DNA from: an uncultured Poribacteria bacterium
Lineage (GTDB): Bacteria; Poribacteria; WGA-4E; WGA-3G
Assembly (NCBI GenBank): GCA_951813565.1
Contig: OX638351.1
Coordinates: 3,136,001-3,200,000 of the forward strand
Direction: 5' to 3'
DNA length: 64,000 nucleotides
The position numbers and the translations under genes are program-made. Shown in pieces: positions 40,628 through 51,351 of the stretch (the stretch's first letter is position 1; each line of letters starts with the position of its first letter). A model generated the notes under the pieces. The model worked only from the letters and a program-made list of their open reading frames with translations, was not told the origin of the DNA and made no database searches.

Positions 40628-41647
40628 ATGTCAAAAACCTATCGCGTTGGCTTTGCTTCGTTAGTGCACGACCATGTCTGGGGTGAACTGAATCGGTGGA
40701 AAGAACATCCAAACGTTGAGATCGTCGCTGCAGGCGATGTCAACGCGGAATTACGCGACCAATTCAAATCAGAAACGGGTGTTGAAACCGTCTACGATTC
40801 TTGGCAAGAATTGCTGGATAAAGAGGAATTAGACATTATTCAAGCATGTGCAGAAAATAACGCTGGACCGGAAATCGTTGAATCTGCAGCATCTAAAGGC
40901 ATCCATGTAGTTTCTGAAAAACCGATGTCAGCACGGTTATCACAAGCGGATCAAATGCTTAACGCTGCGCAAAACGCTGGTATCTCCCTGATGATTAATT
41001 GGCCTACTGCATGGAGTCCCGCGCTGAATTTTGCCATGGAGCTTATCAAAGACGGTGCAATCGGTGATGTTTTCTATTTTAAATGGCGTTCAGCACATAA
41101 TGGGCCAAAAGAAATCGGATGTTCCCGCTATTTCTACGAGTGGCTATATGATGAAGAGAAAAATGGTGCAGGCGCGTTGATGGATTACTGCTGTTATTGT
41201 GCTGATATGTGCGCTTATCTACTCGGTTTACCTGAGCAGGTAACCGCCTTCCGAGGAACGTTTGTTAAAGATTATCCTCTCCCTGACGACAATGCCGTTA
41301 TCCTCATGAAATACGGCAATGCATTCGGTATCACAGAAGCATCGTGGACACAAAAAACAGGCTATGTCACCCCAAATCCTGTGGTTTACGGCACCGAAGG
41401 CGCTTTGACAGTAACTGGCAACCAAGTAAATCTGAGTCCCGCAGGCGGTGATGCTCAAGTTATAGAACCTGACCCACTTCCAGAAGGTATGCGGAACGCT
41501 CCAGAATACTTGATCCACTGCCTCGAAACTGGTGAACCGATAGATGGTTTGTGCTGCCCGTATATAAGCCGAGATGCACAAGAAATCTTGGAGGCAGGAC
41601 TTGTTTCTGCAGATAGCGGGCAAGTTGTTAATTTACCGATGACATAA
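40628..41647 (+). CDS. Gfo/Idh/MocA oxidoreductase
   Basis: HVVSEKPM, GAGALMDYCCY. Confidence 0.88.
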   Translation: MSKTYRVGFASLVHDHVWGELNRWKEHPNVEIVAAGDVNAELRDQFKSETGVETVYDSWQELLDKEELDIIQACAENNAGPEIVESAASKGIHVVSEKPMSARLSQADQMLNAAQNAGISLMINWPTAWSPALNFAMELIKDGAIGDVFYFKWRSAHNGPKEIGCSRYFYEWLYDEEKNGAGALMDYCCYCADMCAYLLGLPEQVTAFRGTFVKDYPLPDDNAVILMKYGNAFGITEASWTQKTGYVTPNPVVYGTEGALTVTGNQVNLSPAGGDAQVIEPDPLPEGMRNAPEYLIHCLETGEPIDGLCCPYISRDAQEILEAGLVSADSGQVVNLPMT

Positions 41648-41714
41648 ATAGACGATAATTTATATAATTTCTTGGACTCTTTTCACCAACTAATTTCAAA
41701 CAAGGAGAACCTAA

Positions 41715-42473
41715 TTGAGCGAAAGAATACCAATAGCCTTACAGTTATATTCCGTTAGAGAAGATTGTGCAAAAGACCTTTCCCTTGCACTTCAGGCAGT
41801 TGCACAGATGGGATATGAAGGTGTTGAATTTGCTGGCTACTACGACCGAACCGCCGAAGAATTGCGCGGCATGTGTGATGACCTTGAATTAAAAGTCGTT
41901 GGCACACATACAGGATTGAACACACTCCTCGGCGACACACTCACCAAGACAGTGGAATTCAATAAAATTCTTGGCAATCCCTATCTGATTGTTCCGGGCT
42001 TGGGGGGAGAGCACACAAATTCGCAAGAAGCGTGGCGAAACACAGCAAAACTTTTCAACGAAATCGCAGAAAAAATCGCTGACCAAGGCATGTTCACTGG
42101 CTATCACAACCACACAGGTGAATTTAAACCTTTAGACGGTGAAGTGCCGTGGGATACATTCGCAAGCAACACTCATGACAGTGTTGTCCTGCAAATTGAC
42201 ACTGGACACGTCCTCCGCGCAGGTGCCGACAATGTCCCGTTTATTGAACGTTATCCAGGCAGATCAAAACTGGTCCATATCAAAGAATACTCTGCCACGA
42301 ATGACAAGGCACTCATCGGAGAAGGGGATATACCGTGGGACGATCTGTTCCATGCCTTTGAAACCGTCGGCGGCACCGAATGGTACATCGTAGAGCAAGA
42401 AAGTTATGCGTATCCGCCGCTTGAATGTGCCGAAAAATGTATTGAAAATCTACGAAAGATGGGGAAAATTTAG
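41715..42473 (+). CDS. Sugar phosphate isomerase/epimerase (TIM barrel)
   Basis: LQLYSVRE, GYEGVEFAG, YHNH, IDTGH, VHIKE, IVEQE. Confidence 0.88.
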   Translation: MSERIPIALQLYSVREDCAKDLSLALQAVAQMGYEGVEFAGYYDRTAEELRGMCDDLELKVVGTHTGLNTLLGDTLTKTVEFNKILGNPYLIVPGLGGEHTNSQEAWRNTAKLFNEIAEKIADQGMFTGYHNHTGEFKPLDGEVPWDTFASNTHDSVVLQIDTGHVLRAGADNVPFIERYPGRSKLVHIKEYSATNDKALIGEGDIPWDDLFHAFETVGGTEWYIVEQESYAYPPLECAEKCIENLRKMGKI

Positions 42474-42475
42474 GT

Positions 42476-43219
42476 TTGCGTGAACCCGATGCATCGCAAC
42501 CGAAAGAAAGTGCTTGCGCTGTTGAGACGGATCTTCTGCTCTGGTGGGAAGACTTCTACCTACCTGTTTTTGAGTACGTCCTACCCCAAATGGGAACATT
42601 GGAAGGGAAAAAGGTGCTTGAGTTAGGCACAGGCACAGGTGGCACCGCTACGCTGCTTGCTAAGCAAGGTGCTTCAGTTGTTGGGATTGATCTGTTGCCC
42701 TTTCGGCTTGATGAAGCGAAGGAAAGGGCAAACCGACATAAAGTAGCTAATGCGGTCGATTTTTCCTTGATGGATGCTACGCAACTCGCTTTTCCTGACA
42801 ACACTTTCGATTTTATCATCTCTAAATCTGTGTTAGTATTTACAGAACACAAGCAAACAGCGAAAGAGTGCCACCGTGTTCTTAAACCGGGTGGCAAAGC
42901 GATTTTCATGGAAAATATGCGAAATCACCCTGTAGTGTTGCTCTATCGTAAGCTGTTTCTCAAATACTCCCGTGAGTTGCATTATTTTTCACTTCTCGAT
43001 ATTGAGGGAATCGGAAAAGAATTTGAGGAGATAGAACACCGCGAATTCCATCTTCTCTCTTTAGGCGCGCTGTTTTGGAAACGGATAATCCCAATTCCTA
43101 TTTTCTATCGGTGGACACTCCAGTTTCTTAAATTGATTGATAGAAATCTTTTGCGAATGTTCCCCGTACTCAAGCGTTTCTGTTGGATCACCGCGATGAT
43201 TTGTCACAAAAAGGCTTGA
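42476..43219 (+). CDS. Class I SAM-dependent methyltransferase
   Basis: VLELGTGTG, FPDNTFD, RVLKPGG. Confidence 0.85.
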   Translation: MREPDASQPKESACAVETDLLLWWEDFYLPVFEYVLPQMGTLEGKKVLELGTGTGGTATLLAKQGASVVGIDLLPFRLDEAKERANRHKVANAVDFSLMDATQLAFPDNTFDFIISKSVLVFTEHKQTAKECHRVLKPGGKAIFMENMRNHPVVLLYRKLFLKYSRELHYFSLLDIEGIGKEFEEIEHREFHLLSLGALFWKRIIPIPIFYRWTLQFLKLIDRNLLRMFPVLKRFCWITAMICHKKA

Positions 43220-43251
43220 ACTTCATAACCATTCAATTGTAGCGAAGCATT

Positions 43252-43435
43252 CTTGTAGGAGGACTTTGTCCGCCCGATTTTTCCTCTTGTCCGAGCGACC
43301 TCCTGGTCGCGATCGGGGAGGTCGCTCGGACAGAAGAAATATCCTTTACACTCAATCCGAGATTCAAACAAAGCATCTGTCGTTAGTTTAGTTAAATTGC
43401 GTAAAACTTGTGTTCCGTTCTAACCAACCTACAAA
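43252..43435. repeat. REP cluster between convergent genes
   Basis: gtaggaggactttgtccgcccga; the gtccgagcgacctcc...ggaggtcgctcggac hairpin; ccgttctaaccaacctac. Confidence 0.65.
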
Positions 43436-43449
43436 CTAATAAGCACCAG

Positions 43450-44601
43450 TCAATCTCTTTGATAAACCATTTGCCCCTTGAGAATCGTCGCTATCAAATC
43501 TATCTCACAAGTTGCATCATTCCACTCAAATAAAATCAGATTTAGGTGGTCATTTTCACCGATATTAAAAATTTCCTCTTCCACACCGAGTAATCGCGCA
43601 GGTTGTAACGTTGCAAGAGAAATCGCCTCTTTCAAAGTAATTCCTACAAATCGTACACTATTCTCAATACCCCGTGCCAACTCAATTGCTGAACCAGCAA
43701 GATATTCCGTGCCAGCTAAACGCACACATCGATCCGAAGTCAATTCCACTGGTTGTCCTGCGAACTGATAAGCACCAGGTGGCATCCCTGCTAACGCCGT
43801 AGCATCGCTGATGAGGATACACCGATCAAGCGTTTTGGCGCGTATCATTGACTTCACAACTGCAGACGGAAGGTGATGTCCATCTACAATAAGACTCGCG
43901 TGGAGTTCATCGGCAGCGAGTTGTTCCCAAATATAGTTCGGATGGCGCCGGATAACCGCATGCGCGCCGTTGCCAAGATGTGTAGAAAGTTTGGCGCCTG
44001 CACTAACTGCCGCTCGGATATCTTCCGCAGACGCATTCGTATGTCCTATCGCCATGACTACACCATCCATAACTAACTTTTCAATAAACGGAATAGCACC
44101 ATTTTTCTCAGGGGCAAGTGTTACGATGCGGATCATACCTTCAGCGATGTCCTGCCATCGCCGAAATTCGTCCCAATCTGGATCTCTGACGTGTTCTAAC
44201 GGATGTGCACCGCGTGGACCATCTTCTGCTGAAATATAAGGTCCCTCAATATGAATTCCAAGTATTGCGTGAGCAGCCAACGGGTCTCTTTGACACGCTT
44301 CTACAATAGCACGCAGAGAAGCACTGATATTCTCAAAGGACGCAGTCACCACTGTTGGACATAAGAAACCGGTACCGACGCGCCAGAGCGCACGAACCAT
44401 CTTAGACACATCCGCTGCTGTGACTGTAGCAACATTGAGATCAAATCCAGCGAAGCCGTTTACCTGTATATCTACAAAAGCGGGAGCAATCCATGCGTTA
44501 CCATCAGTAGATGTGACCTCGCGCACTGATTGAACGCGGTCGCTTACAAGGGTAATTTCAACGGATCTATTATCAAAAATGGTGTGTCCACTGAGTTTCA
44601 T
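43450..44601 (-). CDS. nagA: N-acetylglucosamine-6-phosphate deacetylase
   Basis: DIQVNG, HIEGPYI, TLAPE, GHT, THLGN, DGHH, LAGS. Confidence 0.88.
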   Translation of the reverse strand: MKLSGHTIFDNRSVEITLVSDRVQSVREVTSTDGNAWIAPAFVDIQVNGFAGFDLNVATVTAADVSKMVRALWRVGTGFLCPTVVTASFENISASLRAIVEACQRDPLAAHAILGIHIEGPYISAEDGPRGAHPLEHVRDPDWDEFRRWQDIAEGMIRIVTLAPEKNGAIPFIEKLVMDGVVMAIGHTNASAEDIRAAVSAGAKLSTHLGNGAHAVIRRHPNYIWEQLAADELHASLIVDGHHLPSAVVKSMIRAKTLDRCILISDATALAGMPPGAYQFAGQPVELTSDRCVRLAGTEYLAGSAIELARGIENSVRFVGITLKEAISLATLQPARLLGVEEEIFNIGENDHLNLILFEWNDATCEIDLIATILKGQMVYQRD

Positions 44602-44726
44602 AATGGGTTTACTATAAACTAAAAATTGATTTGTCGCAAGAAAAAGGTTGCATTTTTTGGCAAATTCGGTTAATGTATGTTAACCTTGAACAAATCCCGA
44701 CTGATCGTATGGGCAACATGTAAAAT

Positions 44727-45521
44727 ATGGAGGCAGAAATGGAATATCTTACTTATGGAAAAACAGGTTTGGAAATCTCACGACTCTGTTTCGGGGCAGG
44801 AAGATTCGGAGACACCTGCAAGACTCACGAAGCAGGTGCTAAACTGATGTTAAAGGCACTGGACGAGGGCATAACCTTCTGGGACACTGCCGAAGGCTAC
44901 GGAACACAACCGCATCTCGGTGAAGCAATTCGTCAGATTAACCGCGAAGAAATCGTCATCCAAACGAAAACTGCCAACAAAGACCATGAAAGTGCATCAG
45001 CCAGTATACAAAAAGCACTGCGTGAACTGCAGACAGAGTATATAGATGTTATGTTACTGCACGCAATCTCTTCGCCAGACGATTTAGCAACACGGGAACG
45101 TGAAGGTGCGTTTGATGCGTTCCGAGAAGCGAAAGCTGCTGGCAAAGTCCGCGTTATCGGGTGCTCCACTCACATATACACAGGGGCAGTCATGGATGCC
45201 GTGATTGATCATCCTGAGATTGATGTTATCCTCACAACAGCGAACAAGGAAGGCAGGATGTTAGAAGGCGGGCCTTTTGAAAAACATCTGGAATATATCC
45301 AACGCGCTTATGACCTCGGCAAAGGTATAAGTATCATGAAGGTTGTTGTAGCAGGAGATATTCCGGAGGCGGATAGACCTGAATGGATTGAGTGGGGATT
45401 CAACCTTGAAACAGCACATGCGATTAACCTCGGCATGACTGAAGATCGGCATATCACACTTGATGTTGGCTTGGCACGGGCAAGCGCACGCAAACGCCTT
45501 GTCCAACGCAAGGCAGCATAA
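44727..45521 (+). CDS. Aldo/keto reductase
   Basis: GKTGLEISRLCFG, WDTAEGYG, YIDVMLLH. Confidence 0.87.
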   Translation: MEAEMEYLTYGKTGLEISRLCFGAGRFGDTCKTHEAGAKLMLKALDEGITFWDTAEGYGTQPHLGEAIRQINREEIVIQTKTANKDHESASASIQKALRELQTEYIDVMLLHAISSPDDLATREREGAFDAFREAKAAGKVRVIGCSTHIYTGAVMDAVIDHPEIDVILTTANKEGRMLEGGPFEKHLEYIQRAYDLGKGISIMKVVVAGDIPEADRPEWIEWGFNLETAHAINLGMTEDRHITLDVGLARASARKRLVQRKAA

Positions 45522-45544
45522 CATATTTATCTGAGGATATCTTA

Positions 45545-46618
45545 ATGTCGGCAACGATGCGCGCTATAATGTGCCGTGGACCGCAAGATTACCGACTTGA
45601 AGAGGTCCCAATACCGCATGCCGGTCCCGGTGAAGTTGTCATCAAGGTCAATGCCTGCGGCGTTTGCGCGAGCGACATTAAATGTTATACAGGTGCCCCG
45701 CTTTTCTGGGGTGATGAAAACCGTGAACCTTATGTAGAAGCACCTGTCATCGCTGGCCATGAATTTATTGGAGAAGTCGTTCAACTCGGGGAAGGGGCAG
45801 GTGAAAAGCACGGATTGCAACTTGGAGACATAGCGATCTCGGAACAGATCGTCCCGTGTTGGGAATGTCGCTACTGCCGAACCGGAAAGTATTGGCTCTG
45901 TCAAGTTCACAACATCTACGGGTTTCAGTCCGTTGTCAACGGTGGTATGGCAGACTATATGAAATTCCTTGCGCGCTCACTTGTCTACAAAGTGCCATCC
46001 GATATACCTACCGCAAACGCAGCGATGATTGAACCACTTGCCTGTTCCATTCACGCCGTTCAACGCGGAGATATAGAATTCGGTGACGTTGTCGTTGTTG
46101 CAGGCGCAGGCACCCTCGGTCTCGGCATGATTGGCGCGGCGAAGTTGAAAAATCCTGGTGTGCTTATCGCCATTGACCTTATCTCAAATCGGTTAGAAGT
46201 CGCCCAAAAATTGGGAGCAGATATAATTATTAACCCCGCGGAAACAGATGCTGTTCAGCAAGTCTTGGACTTAACTGATGGCTATGGATGTGATGTCTAC
46301 ATTGAAGCAACAGGACACCCAAAGGCAGTTGAACAAGGGCTCCACATGATCCGAAAGGCAGGCACTTTTGTTGAATTCAGCGTCATGCGGGAGCCGGTTA
46401 CCGTTGATTGGACTATCATAGGCGATACGAAAGAGCTCAATATCCACGGGTCTCATTTAGGTCCTTATGCGTATCCACTCGCTATTGACTATATCCACAG
46501 CGGTGCTATAGGCGTAAGCCTTATGGTCACGCATCAACTCCCGCTGGAAGACTATCTTACTGCCTTTGATATGGTTCAGAAAGGTTCTGATTCGATTAAG
46601 GTTCAGTTAGTGCCTTAG
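45545..46618 (+). CDS. Zinc-dependent polyol dehydrogenase (erythritol/threitol dehydrogenase-like)
   Basis: GVCASD, GHE, CWECRYC...C, GAGTLG. Confidence 0.85.
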   Translation: MSATMRAIMCRGPQDYRLEEVPIPHAGPGEVVIKVNACGVCASDIKCYTGAPLFWGDENREPYVEAPVIAGHEFIGEVVQLGEGAGEKHGLQLGDIAISEQIVPCWECRYCRTGKYWLCQVHNIYGFQSVVNGGMADYMKFLARSLVYKVPSDIPTANAAMIEPLACSIHAVQRGDIEFGDVVVVAGAGTLGLGMIGAAKLKNPGVLIAIDLISNRLEVAQKLGADIIINPAETDAVQQVLDLTDGYGCDVYIEATGHPKAVEQGLHMIRKAGTFVEFSVMREPVTVDWTIIGDTKELNIHGSHLGPYAYPLAIDYIHSGAIGVSLMVTHQLPLEDYLTAFDMVQKGSDSIKVQLVP

Positions 46619-46764
46619 CGATTGACATTTCACACGAAACAACCTTGTCCGAGACCTCTTTCCTATGGTATAATAAAATCGAACAAACGCGAAAATAGTA
46701 TAACAGATTTGAGATTGTCCGGTCCTTTAGAAATAATCTGAAGTCATGTTGCACCTAAAAGAAT

Positions 46765-47649
46765 ATGTTATTAGATGTCACCAAGCCGAAAGCATCTCGA
46801 ATTGCGCTTATTGGAAGCGATACTCCAGATTCATTTCAACAACTGCTTCAAGATTATTGGACATGGCACTATAACGATTCACTCTACGATTCTGTCAAAC
46901 TACTTTTAAGCACCGACTTAGGATGGGAACAAGTTCCACAACTCACAACGCCTCCCGTTGGAGAGGTGATTTCACCTCTCGGACATTCACTCGCTCATAC
47001 TGAAAAGGAGGTTCGCGAGGCTGCCCTTCAAACACTGGACGCAACCGTGTGTGTACCTACAGGAACTGCACTCATCGGTGAAGAATGTGCACCACTGGAA
47101 ATTGAGGAATTTGAAATCGGTGTCTATCCCGTAACCAATGCCCAATACCTTCGATTTTTACAAGACACTGGATATAAACCCCCAAAGGACTGGGTTGACA
47201 GTCCTCAACTAACTTTTGAAACTTATGCTTTAAAGGGAGATCATCCCGTAGTTTGGGTTAGTTGTGAAGATGCTGAGGCTTATGCTAATTATGTTGGGGG
47301 AAGATTGCCGACATTTCAAGAATGGCAATACGCGGCACGCGGCACCGATGGTAGACTGTTTCCGTGGGGATATGAAATAGACAAACCGCGCTGCAACACT
47401 GCCGAACTCGGTGCTGAAGACACAACACCGGTCGGAGCGTTCAAAGGTGGTATTAGTCCGTTCGGTTGTTATGATATGATAGGCAATGTTTGGGAATGGA
47501 CCAGCACCTTTTACGACGATGAGGAAACTTTCCGTGTTGCTTGTGGCGGTGCTTGGTATTACAACCACGATTATAGCACCTGTACCAGTTTCGATTTTTT
47601 CAGTACAAACTATGCAGAATTTGTAATAGGGTTTCGCATTGCTCGTTGA
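46765..47649 (+). CDS. FGE-sulfatase-domain protein (non-catalytic)
   Basis: YPVTNAQY, RLPTFQEWQYAARG, DMIGNVWEW, IGFR. Confidence 0.85.
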   Translation: MLLDVTKPKASRIALIGSDTPDSFQQLLQDYWTWHYNDSLYDSVKLLLSTDLGWEQVPQLTTPPVGEVISPLGHSLAHTEKEVREAALQTLDATVCVPTGTALIGEECAPLEIEEFEIGVYPVTNAQYLRFLQDTGYKPPKDWVDSPQLTFETYALKGDHPVVWVSCEDAEAYANYVGGRLPTFQEWQYAARGTDGRLFPWGYEIDKPRCNTAELGAEDTTPVGAFKGGISPFGCYDMIGNVWEWTSTFYDDEETFRVACGGAWYYNHDYSTCTSFDFFSTNYAEFVIGFRIAR

Positions 47650-47742
47650 TGCTGCATCAATATCGCTATTAATTTGCCACTTTTTTAGCACATTGGTGTT
47701 AAAGTACTTGAGTTTTAGGAAACGGAGAAATGGAGTTAACGG

Positions 47743-48351
47743 ATGAAAGAAAATAAAACCGATGACGAACAAGTATCAATTAAAGATAAGTCCGCTAACT
47801 CTTCACTAAAGCGTGGCGATTCAGCCATTTCATCTGAAAGATTACAAAATCAGGTTATTCAGCGCGGACGTTTAGATATCCATCTTCATCAGGCAGCGGC
47901 TAAACATTTAAAACTGGGGGCAGATGCATTAAACGCGCGTAACTATGAAAAAGCAATTGAAGAATTTCTTCAGGTAATACAACATAATCGTGAATCCGCT
48001 GAAGCACACTTCCATCTCGGTTTAGCTTATTTTATGTTAGAAAACTATGAAAAAGCAATTGACGCTTATAAAATGGCGATCGCGTGTGAACCGAGCGAAG
48101 TGGCTGTGTATATCAATCTTGCATCAACTTATCGTATGCTAAAACGTTATGACGAGGCAATTGGCGTTTATGAAAGTGCTATCCAGTCTATCCCGAACCA
48201 CCCTGAATTGCATTCGGAACTCGGAGCAGTTTACTCTCTTCGGGGTAAACGGCGTGAAGCTGTCGTCGCTTTTAAAACGGCAATGCGTCTGAAATTGAAG
48301 TCTTCCAAAGAATTTCGGCCTACAAAAACAGAAGGCAACGAAGAGGAATAG
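47743..48351 (+). CDS. TPR protein
   Basis: About four canonical TPRs. Confidence 0.85.
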   Translation: MKENKTDDEQVSIKDKSANSSLKRGDSAISSERLQNQVIQRGRLDIHLHQAAAKHLKLGADALNARNYEKAIEEFLQVIQHNRESAEAHFHLGLAYFMLENYEKAIDAYKMAIACEPSEVAVYINLASTYRMLKRYDEAIGVYESAIQSIPNHPELHSELGAVYSLRGKRREAVVAFKTAMRLKLKSSKEFRPTKTEGNEEE

Positions 48352-48409
48352 AATAAGAGCATCACTCGCGTGTGTGCCGCACCCTTACCTGAACAAGCAG
48401 GAGAAAATC

Positions 48410-49009
48410 ATGATAGTTTCAGACGAAGAATTGATGATGGAATGTCGTAAAGGAGATATGAGTGCGTTTGAGCTGCTTGTCAGAAGGTATCAAGATGCAC
48501 TTGTTAACTATATTCATTACACTATCAACGATTATCATCGTGCTGAAGACTTAGCACAGGAGACGTTCCTCCGTGTTTTCAAGAGCGCGAGTCGTTATGA
48601 ACCGAAAGCGCCCTTTAAAAGTTGGCTGTATACAATTGCTACCAATTTGTCAAAAAACGAAATTCGAAATCGGGCACGGCGAAATACATACTTTCTGGAA
48701 GATATGGTTGACGAAAACGAGGATGTTTACCACTCTGAATTTATGATAGATACCCGTTACCAACCAGATATCCTTTATGAAAAGAAAGAACGCCAACAAC
48801 TCATCAAAAAAGCACTTAAACAACTACCTGAAAACCAACGTTTAGCTTTAACACTGGTAACATATCAAGAACTTAGTTACGAAGAAATTTCTGAGATACT
48901 AAACTGTTCAATAGGGTCGGTGAAATCTTTAATTCATCGTGCACGTCAAAACATCAAAAAACTACTTATCAAGGCTGGAATAGGAGGTGGAGTCAATGCC
49001 AAAATATAA
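48410..49009 (+). CDS. ECF sigma factor
   Basis: SDEELM, AEDLAQETF, FKSWLYTIA, LSYEEI...VKSLIHRAR. Confidence 0.93.
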   Translation: MIVSDEELMMECRKGDMSAFELLVRRYQDALVNYIHYTINDYHRAEDLAQETFLRVFKSASRYEPKAPFKSWLYTIATNLSKNEIRNRARRNTYFLEDMVDENEDVYHSEFMIDTRYQPDILYEKKERQQLIKKALKQLPENQRLALTLVTYQELSYEEISEILNCSIGSVKSLIHRARQNIKKLLIKAGIGGGVNAKI

Positions 49010-49523
49010 AACAAACGGATGTAAAAATGTTCAAACACAACTTTCAGCCTATTTTGACAATGAAATGCCTACGTGGAAACGACATCTTATTGGGTGGCAT
49101 CTAAAGCAATGCCCGGATTGCAAACACCGAGCCAAAGCAATAGAACGAACTGATAAACTGCTCCACTTTGTAGAACCGGTTAAGGTTTCCGATACCTTTC
49201 TATCAACTGTAATGTCACGTGTAACTACGATGAAGGCGACTCAAAAAGCGCATCAGTCGCTCTTTAACCGTCTTGGGTCTGTAGTTGAAGGCCTGCAACT
49301 ATGGATGCGGAGCAACATCCGTGCCTATAACCTCGTTTATATGTTTGGGTTAATTTTTTGTGTAATTACAATGATAGGTGTAACGCTCTACTCACCTCGT
49401 ATTGAGAAACTCAACCTGTTTCCACAATTAAGTTCTAAATCATCAGAAACCCAACAAGAGAGGCTTGTTTCTTTTGAAGTAATATTACTGCCGGAACCCA
49501 AACGTTCCTTTAAAATTCGTTGA
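48996..49523 (+). CDS. Zinc-binding (zf-HC2/ZAS) transmembrane anti-sigma factor
   Basis: C...LSAYFDNE...HLKQCPDC followed by a TM helix. Confidence 0.88.
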   Translation: MPKYKTNGCKNVQTQLSAYFDNEMPTWKRHLIGWHLKQCPDCKHRAKAIERTDKLLHFVEPVKVSDTFLSTVMSRVTTMKATQKAHQSLFNRLGSVVEGLQLWMRSNIRAYNLVYMFGLIFCVITMIGVTLYSPRIEKLNLFPQLSSKSSETQQERLVSFEVILLPEPKRSFKIR

Positions 49524-49536
49524 TGAGGTATAAACA

Positions 49537-51318
49537 ATGAAAAGTATAAGCCGTCGTACCGTAAAATCTATAACGCGTAATGCGTTGATTATTTCAATGA
49601 TACTTCACGTATTTTTTCTGATTACGCTGTTTTATTTTTCTGTCAGTGATCAATCTCTCTTATCTTTTCAAGACAGGATTGCTGTAACACTATCAACGGC
49701 ACCGAAACCGTTACCAGCAAAGATTCCAAAGAAAGCACCAATACGCCAACAACACACAACAAACGTGTATAAAGCACCAAAGCCGCTCGCTGAAGTTGAA
49801 TCGATCAATCCACATAACGCGTTTCGTTCTCATCTTGCGCCTACAGAACCCATTATCACAGAACAACCACGACTTGAGGATACAAAAACCTCACCTGATG
49901 TAAATGTGAATGTGAGTACCGCACTCAATAAACTTCGCCAGGTTGAAAACGGATTATCTACCGTAGAAGCGGCCGAACCGACCTTAGGCAAGTCGCTTGG
50001 GACAAAACGTTCCGGGATGCAAGGTGCTCGTCGTGCCCCTACTCGGTCTACGCTTAATGTTGCTGGAGCAACAAGTATTGATAGTGATGGAGCAGGACAA
50101 ATAGGTGATATCTTTGAGAACAAACCATTATTACCGAATATCAAAATTGGCGATGTAATGAGGAGCCTTGCCAACCAAATTGTTGGAACAAGTGAGGGCG
50201 GACCTATTGATGTCGTATTTGTGATTGATTTAAGTGGTAGTATGAGGGATAACAAAAATGATGTTGCTAAACATCTGGTAAATATGGTTGATGTATACGA
50301 AGCTTCTAACATTGACTACGAACTCGGCTTATCACATTTTACCACTCATGAAGGCAAAAATGACATTCAAATTCTTCAATTGACAAAAGATTTGGATAAA
50401 TATGAACGCGAAATCAAAGAGATTTTCATCCGCCCAGCTGACGAAAGTGCGTTGGATGCTATTGTGAAAACTGTCAAAGAAATGCGGTTCCGTGCCACAT
50501 CCAAAAAACATCTTATTCTCGTCACAGATGAACCATTCACAAGCATAGAAGGCAGGACAGTGAATGATGCAATTGACATCTGCCAAGAGTTTGGAATTTA
50601 TGTTAACGTACTGGGTCTTCCGGTGAAGGAACATCAAGTACTTGCCTCTGAAACGAATGGTAAGTGGCATGCAATTCCTGGAAAACAAGGCAACCAACAG
50701 ATAGCGCAACAACGCAGCACTGCCTCAACATCAAAAACAAAGACTGAAACTCTTAGGAAAGCAAAATGGGAAGATATTCAGCGAGTCGGCATAGGATTGA
50801 TTCAAAATACTCGAAATGAACCTGTGGATATTGTCTTATTTATTGATGGAAGTAAAAGCATGGAAGACAAACTTCCGCAGTTTTTAAAACAACTGGATGT
50901 TTGGGTGCGGGACTGGGACAATGCACTGATTCGTTATCAATTAGGCGTAGTTAGATTCAGTTCGGATGATTCCGGTGATACGGTAGATGTTTTCAATCCA
51001 CCACAATCATTGGTTCAGATCCGCAAAATCATTGAACTGCCCTGTCAAGATGATGAGTTTGTTTTACATGCTATTGTTAAAGCATATACGCAGTTAGAAC
51101 TTCGACCCAGGGCAAAAACCCACTTCATCCTTGTCACAGATGAACCTATAACACAAACCTCTAAAACGGAAGCTGTCATCCAGTTTTTAGAGCAAAAACC
51201 TGTTGTTGTAAGCGTTGTCGGAACTTTTGATGATTTTCAAGAAAAAGTAACTGTTAAGACCGGGGGCCTGTGGGTCCCAATCCCTGAAGGGCATTTAGTT
51301 AATGACGTAAATTGGTAA
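49537..51318 (+). CDS. Membrane-anchored double vWA protein, copy 1
   Basis: N-terminal TM, Pro/Thr-rich linker, MIDAS motifs DLSGS and DGSKS, LVTDE x2. Confidence 0.85.
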   Translation: MKSISRRTVKSITRNALIISMILHVFFLITLFYFSVSDQSLLSFQDRIAVTLSTAPKPLPAKIPKKAPIRQQHTTNVYKAPKPLAEVESINPHNAFRSHLAPTEPIITEQPRLEDTKTSPDVNVNVSTALNKLRQVENGLSTVEAAEPTLGKSLGTKRSGMQGARRAPTRSTLNVAGATSIDSDGAGQIGDIFENKPLLPNIKIGDVMRSLANQIVGTSEGGPIDVVFVIDLSGSMRDNKNDVAKHLVNMVDVYEASNIDYELGLSHFTTHEGKNDIQILQLTKDLDKYEREIKEIFIRPADESALDAIVKTVKEMRFRATSKKHLILVTDEPFTSIEGRTVNDAIDICQEFGIYVNVLGLPVKEHQVLASETNGKWHAIPGKQGNQQIAQQRSTASTSKTKTETLRKAKWEDIQRVGIGLIQNTRNEPVDIVLFIDGSKSMEDKLPQFLKQLDVWVRDWDNALIRYQLGVVRFSSDDSGDTVDVFNPPQSLVQIRKIIELPCQDDEFVLHAIVKAYTQLELRPRAKTHFILVTDEPITQTSKTEAVIQFLEQKPVVVSVVGTFDDFQEKVTVKTGGLWVPIPEGHLVNDVNW

Positions 51319-51351
51319 GGTTTTTCAAGATGCATTGATGAGGTATAAACG

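Noticed and set aside
15943..47649. FGE-domain proteins as true sulfatase-maturing enzymes
   Set aside because: None shows the catalytic Cys pair after RGGS, so they are treated as non-catalytic fold homologs.
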